A stretch of 63,979 bases of DNA, counting the filler, from Welwitschia mirabilis (lineage: Eukaryota), in assembly GCA_051453625.1 (NCBI GenBank). It is 5 parts of one record of this genome, joined end to end, with 100 filler letters (N's around TTAATTAATTAA, not from the genome) between each part and the next. Parts side by side here need not be neighbours in the genome. Positions count along the whole stretch, not along the records: positions 33,661 to 55,324 come from JBOZIK010000001.1; 4 more parts are not named here. The stretch is one strand, 5' to 3'. The notes under the pieces are model-generated. The model was not told the DNA's origin, searched no databases, and saw only the letters and a program-made list of their open reading frames with translations. Both the position numbers and the translations under genes were made by a program. Shown here piece after piece: positions 38,901 through 50,950 of the stretch. Positions within the stretch are counted from its first letter, which is position 1, and the number at the start of each line of letters is the position of its first letter.

Positions 38901-41291
38901 GGGCATGTCAGAGGAGGACATTAATAAGTTCTCTAAGTAGTTTGAAAAGGAGCCAATGTGTCAAGAAAGAAAAGTTGAATCTCATGAAGTTAGAGAGCTA
39001 AAAGAAGTCATAAAGCTATTGGAGGAGCTAGGGCTTTCCTGTTTCCTCAATGTTTCAGGTCCAACTTACTTTTTTCTCACTCCTGTGTTCTTTGCACATG
39101 CTTCCTTTAACGCTAAAAACTCAACTTTGTTAACTATGGTTCTTGGAAAGTGGATACAAGTTCATGCAAACCTCATCTCACCCCTTATAAGAATTCCAAA
39201 AGGTGATTTCGACGATTTTTGACCACTTGCTGACTCAAATGACAACAAATGCCAAGTCACCAGAACTTTGTGTGGATAGCATATTACCCTGAAGAAGACC
39301 CTTCCCACCTCCTTTCTTGTTCCCAAGAATCATTTCTACACTTCTTTACTTATAATCTTCTTACTTTAGTTGGTCAAAGAAACGAAACATCAAATTATAG
39401 AACATATTTAATCTATCTTCTTGGTCAAAAGAGATTTGTTGGCCTTCCTTTCATTATTGAAAAACATGGTTTCTTAGTTAGAATTCATAAAGTCAAAGCT
39501 TTGCCCTACTTTATCCTTATTACCACTATCTGCAAATACTATAATGTTAAATTTCATCCTAAAATTGATAGCCTTACTCCTTTGACTCCTATTGGTTGAG
39601 CTACATTATCCTACATGCATATCTGTGATGAAGGTTCTTCCAAATCAACAAAGCCCCCTATCAAATTTTCCCCTCAAGATGAAATGCTATCTTTTCTTAA
39701 GAAAGTTAGCTCCAAGACTATCACATCAAAGAGGCTCCTTTTGCTTTTGGCACTCTAGTCACTAATACTTCAGATGAAGAGGCACAAGTTGATCCCTTAC
39801 ATGTTCAAAGTTTGTCATAAGACGAGAGTTCTTCTAACTCTGAAACCAAGTCTCACTCATCATATCGTTTTGAGCTTCCTTTGTCATTGATGTCAAAAAG
39901 GGAAGAAATATGCAATTGATAGATGATTTGTTGTTCGGATTTACGTGCTTTTGTATCTTAAATGCTTATGCACTTTTGTAATGGTTCTTGAAAAAAAGGC
40001 ACAATATTTTGATCTAAAATGTCAATTATCTTTTGCTAGAAATGAGCTTCAATTGTAATCCACTTCCTAATGAATGAAATGCAACTGTATTACTTAAATT
40101 TGTTCATAAGGCTTTGTGAAAGGAGGAGCTTAAAATGCAATTTTGTTTTATGACAAAGATGGTTTGAAATGACTTTATTTGTTTGCCATCAATGTCAAGG
40201 GGAAGGATTGTTAGACTTTATATTGCCAATTGATGTCAAACTAATAAATGTGATGATTACACAATAAAGCATATGTCATAGATCTTTTAGATGAAGTGAT
40301 GACAAAATGGGAAGATAGTCAAAGATTTGGATAGATTTTGATCTCAAGTAACCCATCTTCCAACGTTTTGACATTGGGTTCATCAGTTCATTATAGAGGC
40401 AACCGAACCTAGAAAGTGTTCTTTGGGCTACTCCAAGTCGAAGTGATTGGGCCATTAATGGGGTTAACTAGACCTGGAACTTGTCTGGAAGGATGCTTCA
40501 AGTCGAGACAATCGGACCCTTTACTGGGTTAACCTAACTATATTCAGTAAAGAAACTCGTTTTGATGGTATTGACCAGATATCTCATGGGGTCAACCAGA
40601 CCTGCAAAGAATCAGATTTCTAAATTTGTTTTTGAACCATTGTCTTGATCTCAATACTGGTTAGTAATTGCTAGTTTTCCTCCATGCAAGTATTTGTTTG
40701 TCAATAGATATCCCTTGAGGAGCATTTTAAAGGATTCAAAGACAAGTGAACACAAGGACAAGAAATAATCTATGCAACATAAGATTGCTAACAACCCAAC
40801 TAAAGCTTATATTAGTCATCTTTTACTGTCTTTCTATTGTACCAAACTCTATACCTATTCTGAAGTCTAAGGTTCCATCTTCAGTGTTTTCACTTGAGTG
40901 ATTTAGAGCACTAAGGGTTCATTCCTTTACTCATCTTGTTGAAGAAGTTAAGAGGTTGAGACTTAGCTTGCAAAATATCCGCTTGTAAACTTTATAGGTT
41001 AACCTTAGTACCTATTGGAAAGTTACATGAACTAGGATCCAAAGTAGCCTTTATCATTGGCCATCTTCAAAGCTTAGAGTAGTGTTTGTCCTAAACCACT
41101 ATAAGCCTCATGTTTGATGCACTTTTTAATCTCTCATGAGATTTGAATAATTTGTAATTTTATTTTTAGTTGTTTACTTGATAAGAGGTGAATTATAAAA
41201 CCCTATACAACCCCACCCCCTTCTTTTGCCCTCCCCAACCCCCCCAACCACCAAACACAAACAAGGTTATTTTGATTCTACGAGTCTAATA
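36000..41291 (+). mobile_element. Sirevirus (SIRE)-like Copia: INT-RT-RH remnants, env-like ORF, multiple PPTs and 3' LTR 40209-41291
   Basis: SLGSKKYFLVMVDGYSTFTWV, KIRSDHAREFEN, SAPKTP*QNGVVERKNR, NVIGTKWIFKNK, IQIYVNDII, HSCTKHIEIQHH; purine tracts at ~39895, ~40120 and ~40198; LTR ends TGTTAGAC...GTCTAATA. Confidence 0.9.
38850..39850 (+). pseudogene. Frameshifted env-like / extra ORF of the SIRE element
   Basis: ORF pieces 38956-39222 and 39249-39599 lie between pol and the PPT; motifs PVFFAHA, VLGKWI and LPYFILITTI are shared with the ORF at 44050-45100. Confidence 0.75.
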
Positions 41292-41479
41292 TTTTAGCAT
41301 TTTACTAGCTCTCGCATTTTTATTTTCTATTTCTATTATTTCATTTTGAATGGCATAAACCCCTTAAAACCCCTTTTCCCTCATTAACTCGACTAACAAA
41401 ACCATTACTCACAGATGAAACCTATCTTCATCCACATTATAAAACACTAGGTAGGGTTTATCTTATAGGGGTCAAAATA

Positions 41480-42340
41480 TTTACCCTTACACCATGTATT
41501 TGAGCTAGCAAAGAATCTCATTTCTGTTGGTTAGTTGACCTCTAATGGTTTACCAATGACTTTTGGCATTGATTCTTACACGCCTTGCAAAGGAACTATG
41601 GTGACTGCACATGGCACTAAGGAAGAATCCATATACATTATAAAGACTATTCCTTATACTCTACATGCATTTATAGTAAAGGAGGATGATGCAGTGCTCT
41701 ATTCCTCACATTTGNNNNNNNNNNGACATGCATATCTAGCAAAGGAGGATGATACGATGCTCTGGCTCAAAAGGGTTGGGCGCGTCAATTTTAGAAGTGA
41801 TAATAGCAATAGTCATCCTTTGAAGTCCTTTTTGATGCTTCAAAGTTTTTAAGACTAATGTTGAAAATAATTTTGGATGTAAGATTAAACATGTATTGAC
41901 CAATAATGGAGTAAAGTATGTTGGAAAAAGTGAAACCAACATTCCCCTTTTTATTATGCTCCTTTTTGTTTATTTTTATTGAAATAAAGTCTTCACCCTT
42001 TAAATGTTTTCAATGGATAATTATTATTTATCTTATGTGAGCCAGAGTTAAATCAATGTTAGCTTATGCTTACTTTAGGGTTTAACCATAAAATGAGTCT
42101 CTAAAAAGAAGGCATAGGTTGGGGGAAGAGGTATGAGGTTTTCGGCTGCAACTTTAGTTATCGAACAAAGTTTGTGTCTTTGAGTATTTGTAATTTAATA
42201 GAGGATTGACTTGTGTTGTGGGGGCTAGGGTAGCAAACGTTGAAACCACATTAATCTTTGTGTCTCTTTTTACCATTTTCTTTTGCCATTGCCTTTCTAT
42301 TTCCTACCTCATTTTTGTAACAATTAGCATGAGAGCTAAG
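41480..42340 (+). mobile_element. Highly degenerate Copia protease/integrase fragment followed by an LTR-like segment ending at ~42322
   Basis: LAKNLISVG*LTSNG...VTAHGTKEESIY parallels the 34280 ORF; FKTNVENNFGCKIKHVLTNNG is an integrase remnant; ...TGTAACA followed by PBS-like ATTAGCATGAGAGC. Confidence 0.6.
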
Positions 42341-42418
42341 GTTTGTTTTAACAATTAGTCTAAGAAGCCTTTATTTTGTGAGCAAAGCTGCGCAAATGAA
42401 TGCAAGCAAAGCAAAGTA

Positions 42419-45400
42419 TGTTAGGACCATATGACACCCTAGAGGGGGGTGAATAGGGTGAGATTATTCCAACTAAACAAATTATGCATAGAATGTCAAT
42501 ACTATAGACAAATAATAAAAATAAGATTTTAGTAAGAACAACAAAGAAATTATGTACCAACGGTTTATAGTAGTTTAGCCTAAAGCCTACTCCACTCTCA
42601 AGGGGCAGCAACTGCTGTCAACCTCCTGGTTCCTTTAAACTCCAAAAGATTACTTACAACATCCCTATCACCAGGGATACTTTCCAGCTCTTACACCAAG
42701 CTCAATTCAGTGAACTTTTTCAAAAAAATTCAAGAGTGGTATCTGATGATGTGGTGCCTTTCTTCTATGCACATGAGTATCAGCCTAAAGAACAAAATAA
42801 GAGATCCACCAGAGTGAGAGAACAACTCAATGTGGTACAGAGAAGAAGAATGATGATAGTAGTTTTAGTACATTCACTTTCAGTATGATTGACAGAATGA
42901 TATCACAGAATTTTTTCTTGTCAAATGCTCAAGAGGTCTCTTTCACAAATGATTCTTACAAATTTGTAGAGTCCTCTAGAAAATAGCCCTCGAGAACCTC
43001 GTATAGAGTGTCGCTGAGGTTGGTTAGGGAGAATCTTTGAGATGTTGGTGTCTTGATTTCATGGAACCAAAGTTCTTAACAGAGAGCTTTCCACTCCCAT
43101 GCTCGCCTTGTTGAACACCCCATACTAAAACTCCAAGCATCTTGATTTGAAAGACAAGTTTTTCAAAAAATCAAGAAGGGCTCCGAACGTCCCAAAATAA
43201 TGGTTGGACATCCCAGTATTGCTAGACAGCGTTCAGGTCCAAACGTACTAATTTCACAGGGCGGAGGTCCCAGAATTGTTGGACAACATTCAAGTTAGGA
43301 TGTCCCAATTTCACAAGGTAGCATCCCAGTAATTAGATAGTGTTCAGGGCCAGACATCTCGATTTCATAAGGCAGATGTCCCCATACAAAAAGTAGCATA
43401 CATGGCCGGACGTTTTGGCTCTAGAGGGTAGACGTCCCAGGATAATTTGATAGCACAGATGGTCAAATCCGTTCACTCAGTACATGTTGGATTGCTTGGA
43501 TTTATTGCCTTTCTCTAATATTTTGCTGTAGGCCATGATTGAAATAAAATTCTCTAACAATCTCCCCATTTTCAATAATGACAATCTTCATAAGATCTTT
43601 GGATAACGGAATCCAAAAGGTTAACTTCAAATTGTTTTACCCCCTCTGAAATTGTGCTTTCATAAACCAAGGCACATGCATTGGTTAGGAGATGAGATTC
43701 TTGCAACATAGTATATTTGCACATCCAATATATCTAGCAAAGATTGATATCTATAGTTAGTTTCATATAAAAATTTGTCAAAATTATATATAAACCTGTA
43801 CAGTGCAAATCTAGGCACAAAAAAAAATCAATAGAGCTCACATGTTCTCCCCCTTTGTCATAATTGAAAAACAATTGAAGACTCTAATTAAGACCAAAAA
43901 AAATGGAGTTTCTATTAAGATGAGTACAAAAAGTTGGTACTATGAGAAGTGTAAATAGATTCGAGTATAATCATGAAATGAAGAAGGTGAAGAGGGAAGA
44001 AGAACAAGAGGATTTAAGTTAAAAAGTCATCAAATGCAGAAGCTGCTGGTTACTCTCCTTGAGCTTCCTCTTCATCAGAACTAAGTGGTATTTCCAATCT
44101 ATATGCTGACAGACCAAATACAATTCTATCCACCTTGTGATGCACATTGTCAGTTGTAGCTAGAACTGGGAATCCAATTTCTTTAACATTCAAAATGGCT
44201 TTCATAAGTTCTTCATTTGAGATTGTCCCACTAGATGTACCTTCTTTAGTCCTTTGTTTCTTTTGGGGTGGAGAAGGAGGTGTCTCAATGTTAGCAAAGA
44301 TGTTCATCTTTTTCAGAGGATATAGCCCAAGGGGTTTGGATACCTTACCCATTCTTCATTCTTATTCACTACAAATTGATGGTTCTCTAGAATTGCAGTA
44401 ATAAGCCCACCAAATGGTAAACTTGAGTAGCTAGCTATTAAAAATTGACTGATATAGAACATTATAAATTTATACAGATTTGTCTTTACTCTAGTACCAA
44501 GACAATACAAAATGTAAGCATAATGGAGAAATTGCGTCTTTATGCCCTAGTTGGGGCACCAAATTGTGAATGGAAATTTGAAACACAATCCATAAAATGG
44601 TTGGAGTTCACTTATTGGAATGATTGCTCTCCAACTAACATTTTTCCCACATAATTCTACAGTTAAAATATCCTTAGAGATAGCTTCTTGCAATGAGATG
44701 AATCAAGTGATCTCTTGAAAGAAACCTTCATTAGGATACCTAATAACAAGAGAGACTGCCTCTAAGTCTACCTCTATTGTTCTACCAAACACTTCGGCTT
44801 TAATCTTTCATGCATTAGGGTCAAAAATGGCATTGCAATAAAACAAACATACCATTCTTGCAGAAGCTTTGGTGTTTGGGTCTAAGGCATACATCGAGCC
44901 TTATTCTTCAAATTTGTGAGCTATCCTAACTTTACGCCATAAAGACTCGAAATCAATCTTTCTTTCAAGAGCACGGAGTCTTTTAGAAAAACCATCAAAC
45001 CAGGACTTTCTGTGATTTGGAGTTATCAATCATTCTTCGTTAGAAGTAGGCTCTTTTCCTTTTCTGGAGGCAACTAGCTTGCTTCTCATCATGATGATAG
45101 ACCAAAAGTTCCAAAGAAAGAAGAGACTGAGGAGATAGAAGGAAAATGGTAAAATGTTGAAGCTTTGGAGGTTCATAAACCTCAGATGGAGCAAAGGTCA
45201 TCACGCACTTTTGTATCTGCATATAGCGCGAATGTTCGGGATCATCCGAGCAGGTGTATAGGTTATAAAGGGGAAAAAATGAAATTCAACTCAAGAGTGG
45301 ATTGTAAACAGATAAAATAAGAAATTAAAAAGAAGTGAATGTCTAGGATTTCAAGATAGGACGTCTGGGTTCAAATTAAGTTCAATCTAGGTAAGTACAC

Positions 45401-47470
45401 TCAAGATAGAGTGAAGAGAATTTGGTCAGACAAGAGTATTCTTCGTAAATGGACAAAGACAATTTTAGGGAGAACTATATTTGCCAGGATAATAGACAAT
45501 GCTAGCACTAATATATTTCAAGCAAATGAGTTCATACCTCAAGGGAACATGCCCCTATGCCACGATTTTTCCTTAAGAAAGTAAACCATTCTTCACTAAG
45601 GGCTTTGGTCATAATGTTTGCAATTTTTGTTGTCAGAATCAATATATTTTAATTTAATAGTACCATCTTGTACCTGATCTATAATGAAATGATGCCTTCT
45701 ATTGATATGTTTGGTGCAAGAATGATGTACAGGATTCTTTGTGACACTAACTGCACTTGTNNNNNNNNNNNNNNNNNNNNNNNNNNNNNNNNNNNNNNNN
45801 NNNNNNNNNNNNNNNNNNNNNNNNNNNNNNNNNNNNNNNNNNNNNNNNNNNNNNNNNNNNATGATGTACATGATTGTTTGTGACACTAACTGCACTTGTA
45901 TTGTCATAGTACATCTTGATCTCTTGAACTTCTACTCCAAAGTCAGTTAGCATTTGTTTCATCCAAGTGAGCTAGGCACAAGAAGCTCCAATACCTATGT
46001 ATTTTAGCTTTTGCTGGAGACAAAGAAGTAGTATTTTGCTTTCTGCTCAGCCAGGAAACAAGACAATTACCTATATAAAAATAGGCTCCACTTATTCTTT
46101 TCCTATTATCAATGCAACCTACCCAATCTACATCACTATATCTAACAAGATCAAGTGTAGTGTTATAAGGATACCACAATCCAAAATTGTGAGTATATTT
46201 TAAGTATTTAAGAATTCCCTTGACACACACAAAGTGCAATTTTTTAGGATTCAATTGGTATCTAGTAGGCACACTAACACTATGAGCTATGTCTGGCCTA
46301 CTAGTAGTAACATACAATAGGCTTCCTATTATGCCTCTAAAAGATTTCTGATCTATTTGTTTGCCTTGCTTATCTTTGCTAATTTTAGCATTTGTTGATA
46401 AAGGTGTCTTTAAGTCCTTTCCATTGGCCATATCATACTTGTTCAAAATATCTCTAATGTATTTTGTTTGGCTCATAAATATTCCCTCCTTTAGTTGCTT
46501 AATTTGAAGACCAAGAAAGAAGTTTAGTTTACCTACCATGCTCATCTCAAACGCCTTTTGCATAAGTTTAGCAAATTCTTGATCAAGCAAGGTTTTTGTT
46601 GAACCAAACACTATATCATCAACATAGATTTGCACTGTCAATTTATCTTTGTTCTCATGTTTAATAAATAGAGTAAGATCAGCATTCCCTTTAGAAAATC
46701 CATTCAATATGAGAAAAGTATTCAGCCTATTAAACCAAGCTCTAAGGGTTTAAACCATATAAGGCTTTGCTCGGTTTATAAACATAATTGGGAAATTTAG
46801 GATCCATGAAACCTAGAGGTTGATCTACGTAAACTTCCTCATTAATATACCCATTCAGAAAAGCACTTTTGACATCCATTTGAAACAATTTGATTTTATG
46901 CAAACAAGCAAAGGCTAATAACATATGTACAGCTTCTAACCTGACAATAAGAGCAAACGTTTCACCATAGTTTATACCTTCCTGTTGACTATACACTCGA
47001 GCAACCAATCGAGCTTTGTTTTGTATGATGTTATAATTTTTCTCTCTTTTATTCTTGAACAACCATTGGTTCCAAAGATGTGTTTTTTATGAGGAGGAGA
47101 AATTAAGCCCCAGACTTTGTTTCTTTTAGATTAATGGAGCTCATTTTGCATAGCCAGCATCCATGCCTCATCCTTTTTTGCTTCCTGAAAAGTTTTAGGT
47201 TCCAAACTGAAAAGAAAACATAGAAAGCTAGGGCTAATGTGCTTACCACTTCTAGTTGTAGTCCCTAGGTTGGGGTTATTTACTATGACTTCCATCAGAT
47301 GATCTCTTTTAGTTCTTTGAGGAAAGCAGTGAAACGTTTGAGCATCTTGCATACTTTATTTGTTGTCTAAGTTAGATGGTCGATCTTTAGAGATAGTGCC
47401 AGTATTGGGAATTTCAACTATTAAGTCCACATCATCTATCCAATCTAGAGCTGCAGAACTGGCATTCATA
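42419..47470 (-). mobile_element. Second SIRE-like Copia: RT-RH, env-like ORF, multiple PPTs and 3' LTR 42419-43559 with internal tandem repeats
   Basis: ORFs 45943-46707 (VQIYVDDIVFGS) and 46742-47062 (NKARLVA, QMDVKSAFLNG); LTR end CCCTATTCACCCCCCTCTAGG...CCTAACA on the minus strand; PPT at 43561; ~57-bp GGACGTCCCA-type repeats at 43180-43440. Confidence 0.92.
44050..45100 (-). pseudogene. env-like / extra ORF of the second SIRE element
   Basis: Frameshifted ORF pieces (MVCLFYCNA, VFGRTIEV, SLPFGGLITAILE, coiled-coil-like C-terminus) located between RNase H and the PPTs. Confidence 0.75.
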
Positions 47471-47573
47471 TCANNNNNNNNNNNNNNNNNNNNNNNNNNN
47501 NNNNNNNNNNNNNNNNNNNNNNNNNNNNNNNNNNNNNNNNNNNNNNNNNNNNNNNNNNNNNNNNNNNNNNNNN

Positions 47574-47711
47574 TGTCCTTGCCCTTTTTTCTTCATTCTA
47601 ATAGAGAGCTCTGCATCACTTCCGTGGTTTTTCCCCACATTGGGGTTTTCCACGTAAATCTGATGTGTTGATATTTCCATTTCGCTTTTGCTTTGCTGCA
47701 TTTTTCTAACA
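47574..47711 (+). mobile_element. 3' end of a short Copia LTR (same family as 17791 and 22398)
   Basis: GAGAGCTCTGCATCACTTCCGTGGTTTTTCCCCACATTGGGGTTTTCCACGTAAATCT...TTTCTAACA is the reverse complement of the 17791 LTR end. Confidence 0.85.
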
Positions 47712-49177
47712 GATTTGCCTTCTGTGTTACCACCTATTAAGAGCATAAACATCAGATAAATCTAGTCCCTAGTCTTTCACTCCCAAACAAAGCACCATAC
47801 AGAATGGCATCGCATGAAAAAGAGGACATAAGTAGACATGTTTAGGACTTGCTACACAAGGAGTTGGCCAAGCAAAGTTTATAATCGTGTTCTATTCCAA
47901 TAATATTAATTCCAAAGAAGGATAGCAAGGAGTTGTGTATTGATTCAAGAGCCATCAACAAGATAACCATCAGGTATCACTTTGCTATACCTCGTGTGGA
48001 CGATATTTTGGATTGTTTGACAAGTACATCTATTTTCAGCAAGAAAGATTTGAAGAGTGGATACCATCAGATTCATATCCTAGAAGAAGATAAGTCGAAA
48101 ACTGTCTTTTAGACCCCGAATAGATTGTGCGCATGGTTGATAATGCCATTTAGATTGATGAATGCTTTATGTGCATTCATGAGGTTGTGCATTCCAAGAG
48201 GATCAATAAGGGAGAACATGTTACAAGAAAAACATTATGGAGACATGGCTAGACATCGTGGATTAGATATAACCCATAAATTGTTGAAGAGGTCATGTCA
48301 CTAATCTAAGATGTACAAGGATGTGCAGCAGATGGTGCAAAGTTGCTTTACATATCAAAGAGCAAAGGGAGGATCGATGAATACAAGATTATACCTATCG
48401 TCACCAATTCTAGCAAAACCATGGCAACTCTTGAGTATGGATTTCATTTTAGAATTACCTTGCTCCAAGAATAGAACATGATTCCATAATGGTGGACAAG
48501 TGATGCTTCATGCACTGCTATATTATTCTTCAAAGAGATTGTACGTCTCCATGGGTTGGCAAAGATGATAGTTTCTGATAGAGATATTAAATTTATCTCT
48601 CATTTTTTGAGGAGCGTATGGTACATGACAGACACTATAGTTAAAGTACTTTTTTAGCATATCATCCACAAATAGATAGATAGACAAAAGGGGGGAATCA
48701 CAACATTGGGAGCTTGGATGCGTCTAACAAAGCTCCTATTGAAGAAATTACATGGGTGTACAAGGAGCTAGCCTTCCACCATCACCCACAAAAGAACCTT
48801 CCTATGGCAAGGACTGTTGAATAAATTCATGATATTGCAGAGGGCTGTCAAATTACTTGTATGTTTCACAATAGACTCCTCCTAAGTTGTAGTAAGAACT
48901 AGTTAAGATCTTCCTAGATCATTGTAAGAATTAGCCAAGAACACTTCCGCCCTCCTAAGATATCTTTTATTTTGTGTCTCTTTTTATGTATCCGGTGTAG
49001 TTATTCTTTTTTGGTAAGTGTCAAAGTCACGAAGGCATGAGGCCCGCCCTTGACTTGATAAGATTAATATTCACCATGATTTTGTCCAACTATTTACGTG
49101 ATTGCATGTGATTTCGTAAGTTAGGGGCGATGACTTTCCCTTTTGTAATATCTTCCATACTTAAGTAATATGCATCA
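47712..49177 (+). mobile_element. Internally deleted CRM-like Gypsy: partial RT joined to integrase, with 3' LTR ~48715-49177
   Basis: RAINKITIRYHFAIPRVDDILD, DLKSGYHQI, MPFRLMNA, then directly LCIPRGSIR...PWQLLSMDFILELP...IVSDRDIKF; PPT-like CAACATTGGGAGC; LTR ends ...TGCATCA. Confidence 0.85.
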
Positions 49178-49435
49178 GCCCTTTCGTTTAAGAGGGGAAA
49201 TGTCATTATGATGACCAACATAATCTCTAAACAAAATCTACAACGAACTCAAAATCCAATGTACGTCTAACCCAGTGAATCGCATGTTGGCCTAATATCT
49301 GATTGTCACGTGTGACCTACATGTAAACCATGTAAGTTACCTTAAAAAGGATCATGAACAGAAACATGCAAGACTGGTCATGATAATAAACACAAAGCTA
49401 ACATAACAGTCAAAGCCTAAGGATGCAAACGTTAC

Positions 49436-49561
49436 CTGACAGGTTGCATTCAACCTTGCGAGTAAATTGCATCACTGTGCGGTGAATTTAAGTTTAAATC
49501 ACTATGCTGTTTTTTGTTTTTGAATGCTCTATTATGCTGTAAAATTCCTTAACATCGAATC
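49436..49561 (-). other. Candidate 126-nt exon of an unidentified host transcript (5' UTR plus possible start MQFTRKVECNLS at 49472)
   Basis: Minus-strand acceptor TGTTCTTTTTCAG and donor CAG|GTAAC; no reading frame is open across the whole exon. Confidence 0.4.
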
Positions 49562-49899
49562 CTGAAAAAGAACAGTGAAAATAATATGGTAAGATGTATT
49601 AAGAGTGAATATCACAGAGAACTTCTCAACATAAAACGAACTAGGTTATTTAAAAAGATAGATGAGAAAAATACATACAAATATTTGAGATTGAACAAAT
49701 TTGCAGATCCTCCATACACATAAACTGGTTACATGGACTTTAGGGGATCGAGAAGGCAAGGACGCACAACATGAAGTAGCAAGGTACAAGTTATCAGGTT
49801 TTGGAGATAAATCGAAAGTAAATGTAACAAGTAATTTGTATCGTTGAGAGTTTCAGGCCACGCAAAATGGAAGAACAATTAGCTACCAAGTGCGCTATA

Positions 49900-50460
49900 A
49901 AGTAACGACAAAGCTGTCTAGTTTCTGAAGGCACACCACTACGACCTACAAATGTTTAATTATTATACATCCGACTGCCGCCCACGATTGACTACGGAAA
50001 TCCTGTTCAGTATTAAAAAACAAGGATTCAGAGGAGCAAACATAAAAGGATGGCGTATCTCTTTTATAGCCTGAGATGACCATCAAGCAAGCGATATTAT
50101 TCAACAAAAAGATTAAGAACAACGGAATGATCCATTGATTGTGTTCAACTGGAGGGAGCAGTTTTACCTGCACTAAAAGAATATGCACTAAAAGAATACG
50201 CTGATTCACGTCAAACAAAGAACCACATACACCGATATGCGTGCGTCTGTGGGCTCATTACAAACGGCGTGGAAGCAGACCTGTAAGAGATCCAGCGAGG
50301 CCTGCGGCGGCTCACTGATCTTACAAAAATATCGTTCGTCCATTGTCTGTATGCTGGAAGGGTGGGCCATAAAACGTCAGATTTTGACACGGAATCTAAA
50401 TTCCACTGTCAAGGTTTTAAATTCTACTGTCTAACAAGTATCCTGTAAGAGCGCCAGTCA
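49900..50460 (-). promoter_or_regulatory. CpG-retaining promoter / first-exon-like region
   Basis: Local GC and CpG enrichment against CpG-depleted flanks; site II-like TGGGCT (~50250) and TGGGCC (~50363); minus-strand donors (CAG|GTCTGC ~50280, GTATGT ~50230) and acceptor TTTTAGTGCAG (~50168). Confidence 0.45.
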
Positions 50461-50699
50461 GGCCTATCTGTGGATGTATGCATGCAAAACTATGTCCTTG
50501 TGATGAAATTTTAGTAAATGAGACATCTAGTTAGAATCTAGCAAATTTCTTATACATAAACTTTTTAGGTTTGCATAATACAGTATTTAAGGTAAATTTT
50601 CTTTATTTGCATGAGAAATATGTTTTATGCTTTAGTAAATCTCGTCTATAGATATAATGTTTAAAATAAGACTTTTAATGTATTTTTATATACCTTAGA

Positions 50700-50950
50700 C
50701 ACTATTTCATTGGAAATACAACCTCGTTGGTTTTACAATGAAAAGGTTGGATAAGTCAAATATTGATCTATAGGGAGTCACACATGTTGCATAACATATC
50801 ACTTGTTAGACAAGTAGTTGGTAGTCAAGCAATTAAAGAACTTATATGAAGCCATATAGAAATATTAACAGAAGCTACCACCCTTCATAATAAATATGTG
50901 TATGTTGATATGAGAAATGAAGAGTATATGACTAGAGGATAATATAGGTC
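50700..50950 (+). pseudogene. Possible Mutator (MuDR) transposase relic within an AT-rich tract
   Basis: Only weak motifs (VKY*SIGSHTC, VDMRNEEY) reminiscent of the MuDR IRKYxxxHTC and DMRxEY segments. Confidence 0.25.

Noticed and set aside
45720..45900. 40-bp duplication either side of a gap (also 59815-59904 versus 60005-60095)
   Set aside because: Near-identical sequence flanking Ns is typical of unmerged contig overlaps.
49436..49561. GFDVK in one minus-strand frame as the MINPP1 N-terminal FDV motif
   Set aside because: The frame stops after about 22 codons, and no HLxTxTRY, signal peptide or RHGxRxP follows; likely coincidence.
49946..50434. ORFs 49946-50218 (-) and 50237-50434 (+) as proteins
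   Set aside because: No recognisable homology; composition fits UTR, intron or promoter sequence.
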